A DNA stretch of 63,361 nucleotides, filler included, from Octopus bimaculoides (taxonomy: Eukaryota): NCBI RefSeq assembly GCF_001194135.2. It is 5 parts of 5 records of this genome, joined end to end, with 100 filler letters (N's around TTAATTAATTAA, not from the genome) between each part and the next. Parts side by side here need not be neighbours in the genome. Positions count along the whole stretch, not along the records: positions 1 to 12,844 come from NC_068988.1; positions 12,945 to 16,392 come from NW_026340734.1; positions 16,493 to 22,646 come from NC_068981.1; positions 22,747 to 41,563 come from NC_068990.1; 1 more part is not named here. One strand, given 5' to 3'. Position 1 is the first letter of the stretch. Each line of letters starts with the position of its first letter. Shown one piece after another: positions 11,339 to 25,494 of the stretch. The notes below the pieces were generated by a model. The model had not been told where the DNA came from. It saw only the letters and a program-made list of their open reading frames with translations, and searched no databases. The position numbers and the translations under genes are program-made.

Positions 11339-11624
11339 TATATATATATATCTGTATAAATTCAATGGGCTTCTTTCAGTTTCCTTTGACTAGATCCACT
11401 CACAAGGCTTTGGTCAGCTTGAGGTTATTGTAGAAGCCACATGCCCAAAGTCCTGCACAGTGGGACTGAACCCAAAACCACATGGTCAGGAAGCAACTAT
11501 GTGAACTCAGAATGTAAGACCAGAAGAACCACCACCAAGCATTTTGTCCAGTGTGGTAACAATTCAACCAGCTCATCACCTTTAACCTTCCATCTAATTA
11601 TCATAATTTACAAATGTTAATGAG

Positions 11625-11830
11625 GAGGGACATAGTCTAATGGTTAAGCAACTACACTCTCAGTCATAAGCTCTTCAGCTTCATTCCTGGTCTGAGCGGT
11701 GCATTGTATCCTTGTATCAGATACTTTTCTCCACATTGCACCAGTTTCTTCAAATTGGCAAAACACGTGGTCAGTATCAAGTTAATGCTGCAGTACAAAG
11801 GAGTCAATAGTGGTGACCAGAAACCTTCAG
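11625..11830 (+). mobile_element. Degraded tRNA-derived SINE (family D-like)
   Basis: Head CATAGTCTAATGGTTAAG...TTCATTCCTGGTCTGAGCGGTGCATTGTATCCTTG, similar to heads at ~25495 and ~31372. Confidence 0.5.
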
Positions 11831-12728
11831 GTATGATGAAAAATACATTCAGCAGTGGACTGCTGTATCTTGTTTTTTTTTTTTCATCCTCTTTTTTTTT
11901 TTAATGTTTATCCTTTTACAAATAGAATAGTGGTTTATTCACGCATGCCGAAGATCTCAAAGACTGCTTTAATTCTAGAACTTTGCAAAGGACAGAGTTA
12001 CTGGTTCAGTCTGTCAGGTTCAAGGAATTTTGATCATGAGGTCCAATGTATTGTTTTCACACACTCACATATACAAACACGCACACACACACACACACAA
12101 ATAAAGGTTCTACTCCTGTTTACTAATTGTTGCTAAGCCACATATCATTAATTTCACTGAGCAAACCTATGATATTAAAGGCATTCCTGTTGTGACCATT
12201 CCAATAGGGTGTCTGTTTTTTATTTTATTTTATATCTAAAATTTTTTTCGATGTGGTGGGTGCTTAAAACAACATTATCTAATATGTGTCCTTCCTTTTT
12301 TGTTAAAAATATGTTTGGGGGACGTCATGGAAATTTAGTTGCTATTTCTAGCAGTAAAGGTTCACTCTGTGACCCATAGCTCACCAGAAGATTCAGTTGA
12401 ATAAAATACCTTTTCTAAAATGATAGAAGAAACTGTTGTTATTTCTTACCTTTTATCTTTCAATTTATGTGTGTTCTTTTCATGCACCATGCTGGATTCT
12501 AACAGATAAGGCTCTACTCAGGAGAATTGTTTTCTTGCTCCTAAGGAGAAGCTTCCCCCTCCTTGGAGTACATTTAAAAAAAAATTCTTACTATTATTAT
12601 CATCATAGTGCTGCTTTTCCTATATCTTGTGCTTTTGAGTAAATATTTTTACATGAACTTCGTCGTCATTGTCGTCATCATCATCATCATCAAACATCTG
12701 CTTTCCATGGTGGCATTGGTAGGGCCTC

Positions 12729-12812
<84 letters not shown>

Positions 12813-12888
12813 TATACACACATATATATATATATATATATATANNNNNNNNNNNNNNNNNNNNNNNNNNNNNNNNNNNNNNNNNNNN

Positions 12889-12900
12889 TTAATTAATTAA
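12889..12900. other. Assembly gap linker TTAATTAATTAA
   Basis: 44 N + TTAATTAATTAA + 44 N; the same 100-bp layout recurs at 16437-16448, 22691-22702 and 41608-41619. Confidence 0.9.
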
Positions 12901-12944
12901 NNNNNNNNNNNNNNNNNNNNNNNNNNNNNNNNNNNNNNNNNNNN

Positions 12945-13129
12945 ATTATTATCATCATCATTATCATTTTAAGATTTGTCACCATCACCATCATCATCAT
13001 CATTATCATCGTCAACATCATCATCATCGTTTGTGTATTTTGTACTTTTTTTTCCTGCTTCTTTTTCTTGCATTCGCCGTCTTTGTTGTTATTTTCTTTC
13101 CAATTGCTCTTCGTTTTCCTCTTTTCATC

Positions 13130-13180
<51 letters not shown>

Positions 13181-13574
13181 GTCGTTGTTGTTATTTATCT
13201 TCTCCACGACATACTTCCTCACCTCTCATCATCATGACCACAGTCAGCTTCCCCGCCGCCATCATCGTATCCATCATTATCACCACCACCGCCACCGCCA
13301 GCAACAACATCACCATCATTATCATCATCATCATCATCATCGCCATCGTCACCATCCTCCTCCTCATCATCATCATCATCGTCGTCATCATCATCATCAT
13401 CATCAAACGGCGACTTATGAATAAATTGTCTCTATTATGAACATGAATAAGCCGTAACTGCATTGACGTGCTGAGGTATACGCTATGAATTGAGACTAAT
13501 ATAACCAACTTACCGACTTAGGTATGTAGATATTATATGCATGCATATACATACATACGTACATACATACATAC

Positions 13575-13632
<58 letters not shown>

Positions 13633-13636
13633 ATGC

Positions 13637-13688
<52 letters not shown>

Positions 13689-14187
13689 GCAAAAATGTAT
13701 TTTATGAATATATAGACATATATGCAAGCACATATGTATATGTGCATATGTGTGCGTGCTTGTGTGTGTGTTTGTGAGTGTGTGTTTGTATGCATATATA
13801 TATAATATATAAAAATGCACATACTTATGTACTTATATATTTATATATATACATACATCTATATATATTTATATATACATATATATACATATATCAATAT
13901 TTAGATATGCATACATATATATACATATGTACACATATATACATTTTCATATACACACATGTATATATATATATATATATGTCGATGTATATTTTATAAA
14001 TGTGTATATATGAGCGTATACATATTTGTACACACACACACATACACACATACATACGTACATACATACATGCATGCATGTGTATGTATACATAAATGCA
14101 TATAAATCAACATATCCACATGTTTTATACACAAGTTTGTATGATTTGAGAAGATAATAAGATTATATATGTGTCTGTGTGTATATG

Positions 14188-14228
<41 letters not shown>

Positions 14229-14632
14229 NNNNNNNNNNNNNNNNNNNNNNNNNNNNNNNNNNNNNNNNNNNNNNNNNNNNNNNNNNNNNNNNNNNNNNNN
14301 NNNNNNNNNNNNNNNNNNNNNNNNNNNNNNNNNNNNNNNNNNNNNNNNNNNNNNNNNNNNNNNNNNNNNNNNNNNNNNNNNNNNNNNNNNNNNNNNNNNN
14401 NNNNNNNNNNNNNNNNNNNNNNNNNNNNNNNNNNNNNNNNNNNNNNNNNNNNNNNNNNNNNNNNNNNNNNNNNNNNNNNNNNNNNNNNNNNNNNNNNNNN
14501 NNNNNNNNNNNNNNNNNNNNNNNNNNNNNNNNNNNNNNNNNNNNNNNNNNNNNNNNNNNNNNNNNNNNNNNNNNNNNNNNNNNNNNNNNNNNNNNNNNNN
14601 NNNNNNNNNNNNNNNNNNNNNNNNNNNNNNNN

Positions 14633-14679
<47 letters not shown>

Positions 14680-14680
14680 A

Positions 14681-14721
<41 letters not shown>

Positions 14722-14805
14722 GCATACTGCGATATGAATTTCTATGTATATTTACATGTATGTATGTATGCACGCGCTAGTAGTAGTAGTAGTAGTAGTA
14801 GTAGC

Positions 14806-14849
<44 letters not shown>

Positions 14850-15218
14850 TTGTGGCAGGTGTGCTCGCATCGCCAACAAAGACTCCGATTCTGCTTAGAC
14901 GCTTCTTTCCGGGCTGATCATTCCAATGTAGGAAACTTTTATTGCTTATTTTTTAGCCCAGGGTCACTCAGCCCAGCCAGAAACTTGAAGCTCCAGCCAC
15001 CATACCAAGACTTCTTATCGCATCATATTTTTGGCTTTTTGTTCTTGGTCTATCTCGGACAGCGTTATGCAGGGCGCTACTCTTATTATTATTATTATTA
15101 TCATCATCATCATTATTATTATTATTATTGCTATTATTAGTAGTAGTATCATCATCATCATTATTATTGTTATTACTAGTGTGGTAAATAAATGAAATAA
15201 TTGTTATTATTATTATTA

Positions 15219-15276
<58 letters not shown>

Positions 15277-15495
15277 CATCATCATCATTATTATTATTAT
15301 TATAATTATTATTATTATTATTATTATTATTATCATCATCATTATTATTATTGTTATTATTATTATTATTATTATTATCATCATCATCATTATTATTATT
15401 ATTATTGCTATTATTAGTAGTAGTATCATCATCATCATTATTATTGTTATTACTAGTGTGGTAAATAAATGAAATAATTGTTATTATTATTATTA

Positions 15496-15553
<58 letters not shown>

Positions 15554-15561
15554 CATCATCA

Positions 15562-15599
<38 letters not shown>

Positions 15600-15681
15600 G
15601 CTATTATTATTATTATCATTATTATTATTATCATTATTATTATTATTATTATTATTATCATTATTATTATTATCATTATTA

Positions 15682-15724
<43 letters not shown>

Positions 15725-16024
15725 GATTATGATTATTATTATTATTATTATTGTCATTATTATCATCATCATTATTGTCGTTCTTGTTGTTATCTTTGAG
15801 CTAACAGATTGTTACCGCACCGGACAAAGTGCTTAGCGGCATTTCGTTCGTCTTCTTGTTCTGAGTTCAAAAATCTGAGCAGCTTGCCTTCGCCTGTCAG
15901 CCTTTCGAGATCGATTAAATAAGTATCAGTAGATACAATAAGCACCATCTTGATCGATGTGATCGACTAGACACCCCTCCCTCAAACCTCTCGTCCTGTT
16001 CCCTATATTTATTATTATTATTAC

Positions 16025-16087
<63 letters not shown>

Positions 16088-16097
16088 TATTATTATC

Positions 16098-16130
<33 letters not shown>

Positions 16131-16360
16131 ATTATTATTATTATTATCATTATCATTGTCATTATCATTATTAGGGCGGTATTTCGTCTGCCACTACGTT
16201 CTTAGTTCAAATTCTGCTGAGGTCGACTTTGACTTTCACCCTTTCTGGGTCGACAAATTAAGTACCAGTGAAACACTGGAGTCGAAGTAATTAACTAGTC
16301 CCCTCCCATAAATATCGGGCCTTTCTGCCTCCAGTAGAAAGGATTATTATTATCACTATT

Positions 16361-16392
<32 letters not shown>
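12945..16392. repeat. Compound microsatellite field (CAT, TA/TG, TAG, TAT arrays) with gaps
   Basis: Long trinucleotide and dinucleotide arrays that explain the poly-H/S/I/L/N ORFs in the track. Confidence 0.95.
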
Positions 16393-16492
16393 NNNNNNNN
16401 NNNNNNNNNNNNNNNNNNNNNNNNNNNNNNNNNNNNTTAATTAATTAANNNNNNNNNNNNNNNNNNNNNNNNNNNNNNNNNNNNNNNNNNNN

Positions 16493-16527
<35 letters not shown>

Positions 16528-17519
16528 GTATGTATGCATATGTATATAAATCTTTGGATATATCGGATATCACAATCGATTCAATATGGACCGATTTGTA
16601 TATTGTACCATTGAATTATTATTATCTAAATTTACTTATAGATTAGAAACCTGTGTTGGATTTTTATCTGGTGCAATTCAGAATAAATTTGGCTTTCATT
16701 GAATAGACACCGGTTGATCGATTAAGTTAGCCAAGTTTGGATAGCTGCAGAGTACTTACAAGGTGCCTGCCTTATGATTTTATATTGTATTATATTATAC
16801 ACACACACGCGCGCATACAATGAACGAGGAAGTGAACAAGACTGAGAGAGAATAAAGGCAATATGAAAGTATGTGTGTGTGCGCACGTTTGTATGTATGT
16901 GTGTGTATGTATTTCCAGTTTATAATTCAACCTTTACTATGCTTATCACTGGAAAACAATACGTTTGTATTGTAATAGTGCTTATAATTTTTTATATATG
17001 GATTTTCATTGTTCTTGGTTCTGTTTATTGCTTGGGCTATCAGTCAGGAGCAATTCCAATTGCGTTTCGTGGCTTGCTACCTCAACACCTCCGTTATAGG
17101 ACCCAGTGGCTAAAGACATCATCAGGAGGAACCACGTCCGGTTTCGGCCCCTATTCCTCTACCGTTTTCGACGTGACCCCCACCTCTTTTCGGAGGTGTC
17201 TTCAGCACCGGTGTTGAGTGCATTTCTTCTTTCTCTTTTCTTCTGTTCCCTAACCTCTTCGATGCAGTGTCAACGAGTGTCAGTGAGCGACTGACCATCC
17301 TGCCAAATTTCCCTTTCAATACTCGCTGGTAGGCTCCAACAGCCAGCACCAGCTAACTGTTACGTCTAAACTTCAACTGACCAATGGAGGGGAAGGGCGC
17401 ATAATCTTAGCCCGCGCTCTCTTTAAACCTGCCTTCCAACAGTGTCGTGTTAGTTTCAGTTCCAGCAGCCAGAGCCAACCGGCTGTTTGGTGGTACAAGC
17501 CTTCGAAACAGAAGGAGGC

Positions 17520-18035
17520 GGTTTCGTTCAAGCAATTCGTAATGGAAAATCCCTTTCCAGTCCCATCATACACACAACATCGTTTTACGCGGATAAAGAT
17601 CTTGTTTCCTGCGCGCTGTCGCTTGTTTACCGGGGCTAAGCCATTCCTTACACTGCTTCATATTGATGTACAGGCACCATATTTTGTCGCCAGTAACGAT
17701 TCGGTAAAGAAATCGTTGCTTGTGTCCACGAGTTGAGTGGTGACGAGCAAGCAAACCAGCAAAGATTGTGGCTCGTTGCTTTTTGCTGTTGTCACTTAAA
17801 GCAAGTGGAAACCTTGCTCCGTACTTCTGAACATTTCCCATCGCGTGAAGATGCTTCTCTATAGCAGTGTGGGAGCATACCATTTTCTCTTCCAGTTCTC
17901 TTGTTGTTTGACGAGAATTTTCGTGCAAAAGTTGGTTTAATCGTTCTTCATCGAACTCAACTGGGCGGCAAGAACGAGGTGCATCTTTGACGTCAAAATT
18001 TCCAATTTTGAACTTGGCATACCAATCAATAGCAG
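17520..18035 (-). mobile_element. Mariner transposase fragment (pseudogene)
   Basis: RIVTGDKIWCLYIN and PRKTMLCV*WDWKGIFHYELL match the mariner RIVTGDEKW and KVMLCVWWD motifs; stop codons present. Confidence 0.85.
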
Positions 18036-18450
18036 NNNNNNNNNNNNNNNNNNNNNNNNNNNNNNNNNNNNNNNNNNNNNNNNNNNNNNNNNNNNNNNNN
18101 NNNNNNNNNNNNNNNNNNNNNNNNNNNNNNNNNNNNNNNNNNNNNNNNNNNNNNNNNNNNNNNNNNNNNNNNNNNNNNNNNNNNNNNNNNNNNNNNNNNN
18201 NNNNNNNNNNNNNNNNNNNNNNNNNNNNNNNNNNNNNNNNNNNNNNNNNNNNNNNNNNNNNNNNNNNNNNNNNNNNNNNNNNNNNNNNNNNNNNNNNNNN
18301 NNNNNNNNNNNNNNNNNNNNNNNNNNNNNNNNNNNNNNNNNNNNNNNNNNNNNNNNNNNNNNNNNNNNNNNNNNNNNNNNNNNNNNNNNNNNNNNNNNNN
18401 NNNNNNNNNNNNNNNNNNNNNNNTTACATACATATGTTTATATATATATA

Positions 18451-18514
<64 letters not shown>

Positions 18515-18539
18515 AAATGATATATGAGCATATGCATGT

Positions 18540-18730
18540 ATACATACATATATGTACATACCTACATCTACATGTATATATAGATGGATATCCGGGTACA
18601 GGACGTCAAAAAAGGAACGGGAACATAAACAAAGCACAAAAAACGGATTCTTTTTTACGGACAATAGAATGAACACATAGGAAAACAGACGAGCCACTTA
18701 TGGAACTTTTCCTTCATCAGCTGCCTATAT
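18540..18730 (-). repeat. Dispersed repeat with a Penelope-type 3' end flavour
   Basis: Minus strand GCAGCTGATGAAGGAAAAGTTCC (hammerhead-like CUGAUGA plus a GGAA/TTCC stem) but no intact GAAA. Confidence 0.3.
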
Positions 18731-18795
18731 AAACATTTACATACATACATGCATACATACATACATACACATATACATATATACATACGAATATA

Positions 18796-18866
<71 letters not shown>

Positions 18867-18934
18867 ATATATACATACATATACATTTACATATATATAT
18901 ATATATGCATTTATATATATACATACACACACAC

Positions 18935-18968
<34 letters not shown>

Positions 18969-19115
18969 GTGTATATGTATGTATGCATGTATGTATGTAT
19001 GTATGTATGTATGTAAGAAATGAATCTAAATTTCTCTATAAAATCGTCTTATGCTAAAGATATGCAATTATGTGAATAGAAAACTTAAATATTTAAATAC
19101 CATTATCTTTTGCAG

Positions 19116-21350
19116 AGTTGTTTCTTATCAATGATAAGTGTGTTACAGTGAAGAATGCGGCATATTAAAACAGTTGTACTGACAAATCCATTTTGAAGAA
19201 AACATATCAAATTAAAATACGTGATACTAAATAGATTGGATTATATATTAGATTGAATATTTTTTTATTGAATAAAGTTTAAACTATGTTAAAATAAATT
19301 TTAAATAATGTAAAATACAAGAGTACTTCTTTTGGAATAGTGCTTGAGTATGTAACCATGTAGCCTGCAACAGGGCGTTGAAAGACAAGATTTAATAACG
19401 TTAACTTCACTAAAATAGACACAATAAAATTTAATAAATCGATGCTTGAGAAAGAAATGTTCGGTTACTTGTTGAATAATTGTGTAAATATAATTCATTG
19501 TGGGAAATTAATTGAATCTAAGATTAAACAATTAAATGAATGTCTTAAATGATGGAACTCTACTAGAGTCTAAATTCTGGGACTTAAATTACTAAATTCC
19601 AAATCTATAATAATTAAAAGATCCATTAGTGTCCCGGAAAACGCATTGTTGCTGATAGAGAACTTGAAATAGATGTTAAATGTTTTTAAATCTGGATGAA
19701 TATGGACATTCGAGGGTTTACAGTTTAGTAGAACTGCTTTCATTTATTATGGTACGTGTGTTGTCTTTAAGTCATTATCTATTTCGAATACAATTTGTTT
19801 GAGGTGACTTTTTTTATGTTCTAAGAATTTTGTGACAGTAGATATAAAATATTTCGGTTACGATGTTGGATATTGGGGACTAGAATTCCATTGGATCTGG
19901 AGATGCACGGCTGAAATTGCTTTCTGTTTTTATTTTGTTTTTTGTTTTTTATTTAATGTGTAAGTTTTTGAGAAGAATAGAAAGTTATATTTTTAATACA
20001 ATAATATAAAGGTATTGGATAAGTTTAAATTTCAAATGTGAGTCGAAAATGAGATGTTGCCTTTTGTTTCTGGATTTCTAAAAGCGTGTATATGTCAATA
20101 AATGTTTTATTTGAATTTACCTTTAATCTCTTGTATGAAATTGAAATAAAGTTTGTGAAGCACGTGGAGAAATAAGTAAATTCTTTAGATTCACAATATT
20201 CTTCAAGGAGAAAACTTTTGGTGTTTGTAGAATTAGAATTAGACTTTGTTACTAATTCCGGTGGATTAATGTTTGTTACTGTTTGATTAATGGATTATGG
20301 GATTTTTATTTGTTTCATAGTAATATTTTGATGTTCGAGTCGCGGAAGAAAATATTTCAGAAATATGTTGAATCAAGTTTAGCTACGATTGTTGGTACTT
20401 ACAAGGCGAATAGTGAACCACATTGCAGATTATATAACTTTTTACGCATAAAAAGCGTTGAGTTGAATTAGCGTGGTTTTTACTTATCTGTGTAGATATT
20501 TTTTGTTAAGTGCTCTCTACTATTCGATGTTCATACGCGTTCACTTAATGACAGATTCAAAACACATAACTATATATTTTAAATAAAACTATTAGTGACA
20601 TTATTGAGGGAATAGATAATATCTGAGAAAATGGAAGGTTTTATTTTTTCTTTCACTTTGTTTTATTCTATGTAAGATGTATATTAAATGTTGTCAAGGT
20701 TAACGGTAACATTTACAAAATTTAGATCTTTGGCCGAGCAACAAGTACAATTAGAAAAAAACAGTTTTGAAAAAATTCTAAAGTTTATTGCTGGAATCTA
20801 TCAGTCATAAATAATTAGATCAGAGAAAAATTAATGGTAAAAATTATATCAGTAATAAATTAATCGATCAAAAACTAAAGTTTACAACTTTACATGAGCT
20901 TCAAGTATAATTGGCAATTATTTTTTATTTTTAATATGTGAAGTTTTTTTGCGGAATCTATAAGTAATAAATAATTCGATCAGCGTAATAAATGAATAGT
21001 AAAAACATATCAGTAATATATGGATCGATCGGAATAGATATGAAATTATTTGATTATTGATTTTATTTTCTTGGAAATAAGTTGATTAATCTACCAATAT
21101 TGATATAAACTACGATAATGTATAAAAGTTTACAAGTAATTAAAATGAAATTATTAATTAAAATATAAATTCAATAAACAGCTAAATTTTCTAAAACAGC
21201 TAAATTTCCCCATAGATGTATAGCTTTGCAATTATATAATTTTAATTAATAAAAATTGCAATCATTTTAAACTTATAAGTTGTTATATATCCTGTTAAAT
21301 CAGTTCGACCTTAGCTTTATTCAATTGTATAACATATATTTGTAATATTT
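19116..21350 (+). other. Candidate terminal exon / long 3'UTR
   Basis: Strong acceptor TATCTTTTGCAG at ~19115, short frames ending quickly (RVVSYQ* or ELFLINDKCVTVKNAAY*), ~2.2 kb AT-rich DNA with no recognised SINE or microsatellite and several AATAAA. Confidence 0.3.
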
Positions 21351-21739
21351 ATCAATATTTGTTACTACTACAGGCACAAGGTCTGAATTTTGTGAGGAAG
21401 CGGCTAATTGATTACATCGACATCAATGTTCCACTGATAGTTATATGAAACCGAAAGACTGAAATACAAATTCAAAGTTGGTGGAATTTGACTTCTGTAT
21501 ATAAAGACGGACGAAATGTCCCTAATTATTTAGTCCGGCGTGTTAACTTTCCTACTAGCTCAACACCCTATATTATTTATGAATGATAAGTTTAGAAGAG
21601 AAAATATCTATTTCCGAAATATGAATTTGATTTATAACAATATAAACCGATAATACAGTTATCCTAGCATATATACATCAAATATTCACTAAATAACCAC
21701 TCAACATTTCCTAACCTTTAGTCACTTTCAAACGTGACA

Positions 21740-22170
21740 CGGAGAGCTGCAACGGAGACTACGAAACTGTGGCCAGCAGGAAAAGTTAAACCAGGCTTTC
21801 TGACTCCGTCAGCACACCTCGGTTCATCCTCACATCTTTGAACAGGGAATTAGGCTCAGTTCAGACCGCTATGATAAGCTGCTGTAGACTGTCATCAATA
21901 CTTGGCTGGAAAGGGTTACTGCTAGAAGGTCATATGTGTGGCGGTAGGATTTGGCTCCTTGCCATACCTGGCTTCCTAATTTCTCCCATAGTAATCTCAT
22001 GCATTATTATGTGAAATAGCAAGGCAAAGCTAGTAACCAAGATGAAGGAGGTGTTCGAAGATCTTGCAAGGGCCATAATGAGAAAGGAATGTGCCATATT
22101 CCACAGCTGTCTTGATGCTGCAGTAGAAGCTGAGGACGGCTATTTTGAGTAACCTGTTATATCCCAGGGG
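21740..22170 (+). mobile_element. maT/Tc1-mariner-like transposase remnant (C-terminus)
   Basis: VTKMKEVFEDLARAIMRKECAIFHSCLDAAVEAEDGYFE* matches the typical ...AVxAxGGYFE end; the 5' part resembles 33950-34000. Confidence 0.6.
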
Positions 22171-22538
22171 AGGAGGGCATGAGGGGAGGAGGAGGAGAAG
22201 AAGAAAGAGGAGGAGAGGAGGAGGTGGAGGAGGAGTAGAAGTAGTAGAAGAAGAAGAAGAATAATAAGAAGAAGAAGATGAAGATTTTCCAACAAAACCA
22301 CGGGTGTTATCTGAGTTATAGTTCTGCGGTATTAATTAGATAAAATTTGTTTATCATTCATACATTACAGCAGCAGTTTAAGCTTTTTTTTATCTCAATA
22401 AATAAATATTTTATAGGCAACGACCTACAAGTGAAAACTAAACTATGTAACTACGTCGAGTGGCGAATTCGTTATGTTTGAGGTACGATGCCTTTCATTT
22501 ATACACCTCAACTGCTTTTAACCTGATGACGACGACGT

Positions 22539-22581
<43 letters not shown>

Positions 22582-22613
22582 GATGACGACGACGACGACG
22601 ACGACGACGATGG

Positions 22614-22646
<33 letters not shown>

Positions 22647-22746
22647 NNNNNNNNNNNNNNNNNNNNNNNNNNNNNNNNNNNNNNNNNNNNTTAATTAATT
22701 AANNNNNNNNNNNNNNNNNNNNNNNNNNNNNNNNNNNNNNNNNNNN

Positions 22747-22809
<63 letters not shown>

Positions 22810-22947
22810 TTGTGTGTGTGTATGTGTAAGTGTATGCATATGCATATGTGAGTGTATGTGAGTGTATGCATTTGTAGTTATGTTTGTGAGTATACACACA
22901 CACACACACACACACATATATGTATATATGATGTATATCTGTATATG

Positions 22948-22982
<35 letters not shown>

Positions 22983-22986
22983 CCGT

Positions 22987-23020
<34 letters not shown>

Positions 23021-23026
23021 AGATAC

Positions 23027-23135
<109 letters not shown>

Positions 23136-23764
23136 TTTGCAAACACATATCGCACTTGGAAAAGAGTGTTGAGTATAAATATTTATTGTTGAGCTGAGAA
23201 TATTCCCTATTACTACAGGGATTTTTGTAAGTGTTCCAGACTGATCAAGTTACGTGATGTGCAATACTTTGCGAAACTGAGTACCAGAAGACAGTAAGAA
23301 CAGAACAGCACTATAAGAAATATATTGTCTGTTGATCAGTGATACAAAACCAGCAATCAACCGTGTTAGCCTGAGCAGCCAGCCAAACTATACACCATTC
23401 ACTCTTAAACAAAGAAAAATTATATTGGATGTAAATATTTCTAAACAGGCAGGATAATCATGGCTGGAATGTCTTTGGTCATTGCTTGATTGTTATTCAC
23501 CTGGATGGTGCTAAATGTTCACAGGTTTTCAGCTGAAACCCATTGTGGTCCCTGCTATATACATTTGGGCAATACACTTTATTCATCCAACTTCAGTTTA
23601 GCAGATAATCTGGAAATGTTACCTGAGATAAATTAGAGTCCTAATTACCAGATGCAGAATGGGTTCACCTTTGACAAGTTTTAGACAAAATTTAAGGTGA
23701 AGTTCCTTTTTGCCTTTACTCCCAAACTTCACTTCTCACACATCACCGAACTGACACCATGAAA

Positions 23765-23938
23765 GTGGTGTCACTTTAGCGTGAGGTCTATCTGGCGATT
23801 TACACTTTAACGTGTAGCGAACCCGTAGCTTAACCTTAATCATAACTAACTCTAACTCTAAAACCCAGATCAAGCAATTTCACGGCGTAGATTACGCTAC
23901 GGATAATGTGGTACATCACATGCTAAAGTAGTCCATTA
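23765..23938. mobile_element. Degenerate TIR element with TAACCC-like core
   Basis: TGGTGTCACTTTAGCGTGA versus TCACATGCTAAAGTAGTCCA (imperfect inverse); internal TAACCTTAATCATAACTAACTCTAACTCTAA. Confidence 0.45.
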
Positions 23939-24429
23939 AAGTTATGTCAAAACATATTGCTATAGATTTATGATGTAATAAACGGCATATGTTAACGTGG
24001 TATGGTATGTATAAACTAAGGAGTATCTTATAATAAACACGATCAAACTTTTAGCCATTACTGTGGTCTGTAATATAATATATGTGAGTAAATGTAAGCT
24101 AATACATCTTTTAATCTCTCTGTGGACAGGATATCCCTCATTTTCCGCCCACAGAAATATTAAAGAAAAAAAAATAACACATTTGTTCATATTTGTCCAC
24201 GTATATTAAATTACACACCACAGAGACAGCTCGAATTTGTTTGGTTTATTATTAAATATACCTTCCTCTACACTTCATATATTGCTATTGTATTTATTGG
24301 CTGAAGTTTGTTTTATACAAAAAAATGTTTGCTTATACGCAAGCCAAAATTTCTTTTTGTTTCTTTCCATCTTCCATTATATTTATTGCGTTTGGCACGT
24401 CTCCAACAGCCCCTGCTTGTATATTTCCT

Positions 24430-24880
24430 AGGGTTCAAGTTCCCTTAATACTTCATCCATTCCTTTGCAGCGCACGCTCTCTCATGCTTTTTACTCATTT
24501 AATTTCTTACACATGCCTCTGACATTCCAATTGTGCTAAATATCTGCGCTGTTTGGAATACAGCCCAAATATAGGGGCTTCATTTTGTTTTGCATTTAGC
24601 TTCAAGTCATCTCTCTTAAATAGGGCTTTTAGAGTGCTACTTCCATTTCAAAACCACACAGTTTCATCATATTTTGGGGAATACATTAAAAAACAGAAGT
24701 ACTACTATAAAAAGGAGTGTCAGTGAGTCATTTGGGAAGATTCTGTTGCTGATATCTATAATTCTGGTGAAGTGGCTATGGACAACCCTGTTTTCCATTT
24801 TATCATACGGTTCCTCAATAATCTCAATAAATATTAGATTGACGTTATCACTGTTCAAAATCTTCAATATCCACATATAG
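24430..24880 (-). mobile_element. Degraded R4/Dong-like RT fragment
   Basis: EPYDKMENRVV...RIFPNDSLTLLFIVV resembles RT motifs AYDxV and GIFQGDSLSPLLF. Confidence 0.45.
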
Positions 24881-25259
24881 GTTACTTATGTTAACGATGA
24901 CTGTTTATCGAACCGCTGTGTTACAGGATCACAACGGGACAGCATATGTCGCACCGGCATATACAAAGGTGTAAGCACAAACATGCAAAGAAACACACAC
25001 ACACACAATGGGCTAATTTACCAAAGATAGCACACAGTGGGATCAAGCCCGGCCTGTATCTTCAATTTCAGAATCAGGCTGGCTTGGAGCGAAACTTACC
25101 AATTCATAGGTCTTCAGTTCAAACCCAATGTGATCACTGCAAAATACATTTGGGCAATATAGAAACCTGCACATGTATGTATGTATGTATGTATGTATGT
25201 ATGTATGTATGTATGTATGTATGTGTGNNNNNNNNNNNNNNNNNNNNNNNNNNNNNNNN

Positions 25260-25322
<63 letters not shown>

Positions 25323-25494
25323 ATATACATCAAAGTAAAAAAACTACCATAATAAATACATTGTATCGAACGCGAGGGAATGCAACTCTCGAAGCGAGCC
25401 TTTTAAAAACAGACTCCCTCGCGTGCGGTACAATGTGTTTATTATGGTAGCTTTTGACTTTAAGAGTCCCTCCAAGTGTGTGTGTGTGTGTGAG

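Noticed and set aside
11794-11830. Exon candidate YKGVNSGDQKPS with GTATGA donor
   Set aside because: Lies inside a degraded SINE body and has a weak acceptor.
15085-15480. ~277-bp duplication within the TAT/CAT field
   Set aside because: Embedded in low-complexity DNA near gaps; slippage or misassembly is sufficient.
17095-17150. Minus-strand GAAAC...CTGATGA as a type II hammerhead
   Set aside because: Only about 4 nt between the putative cleavage site and CUGAUGA, so stem I cannot form.
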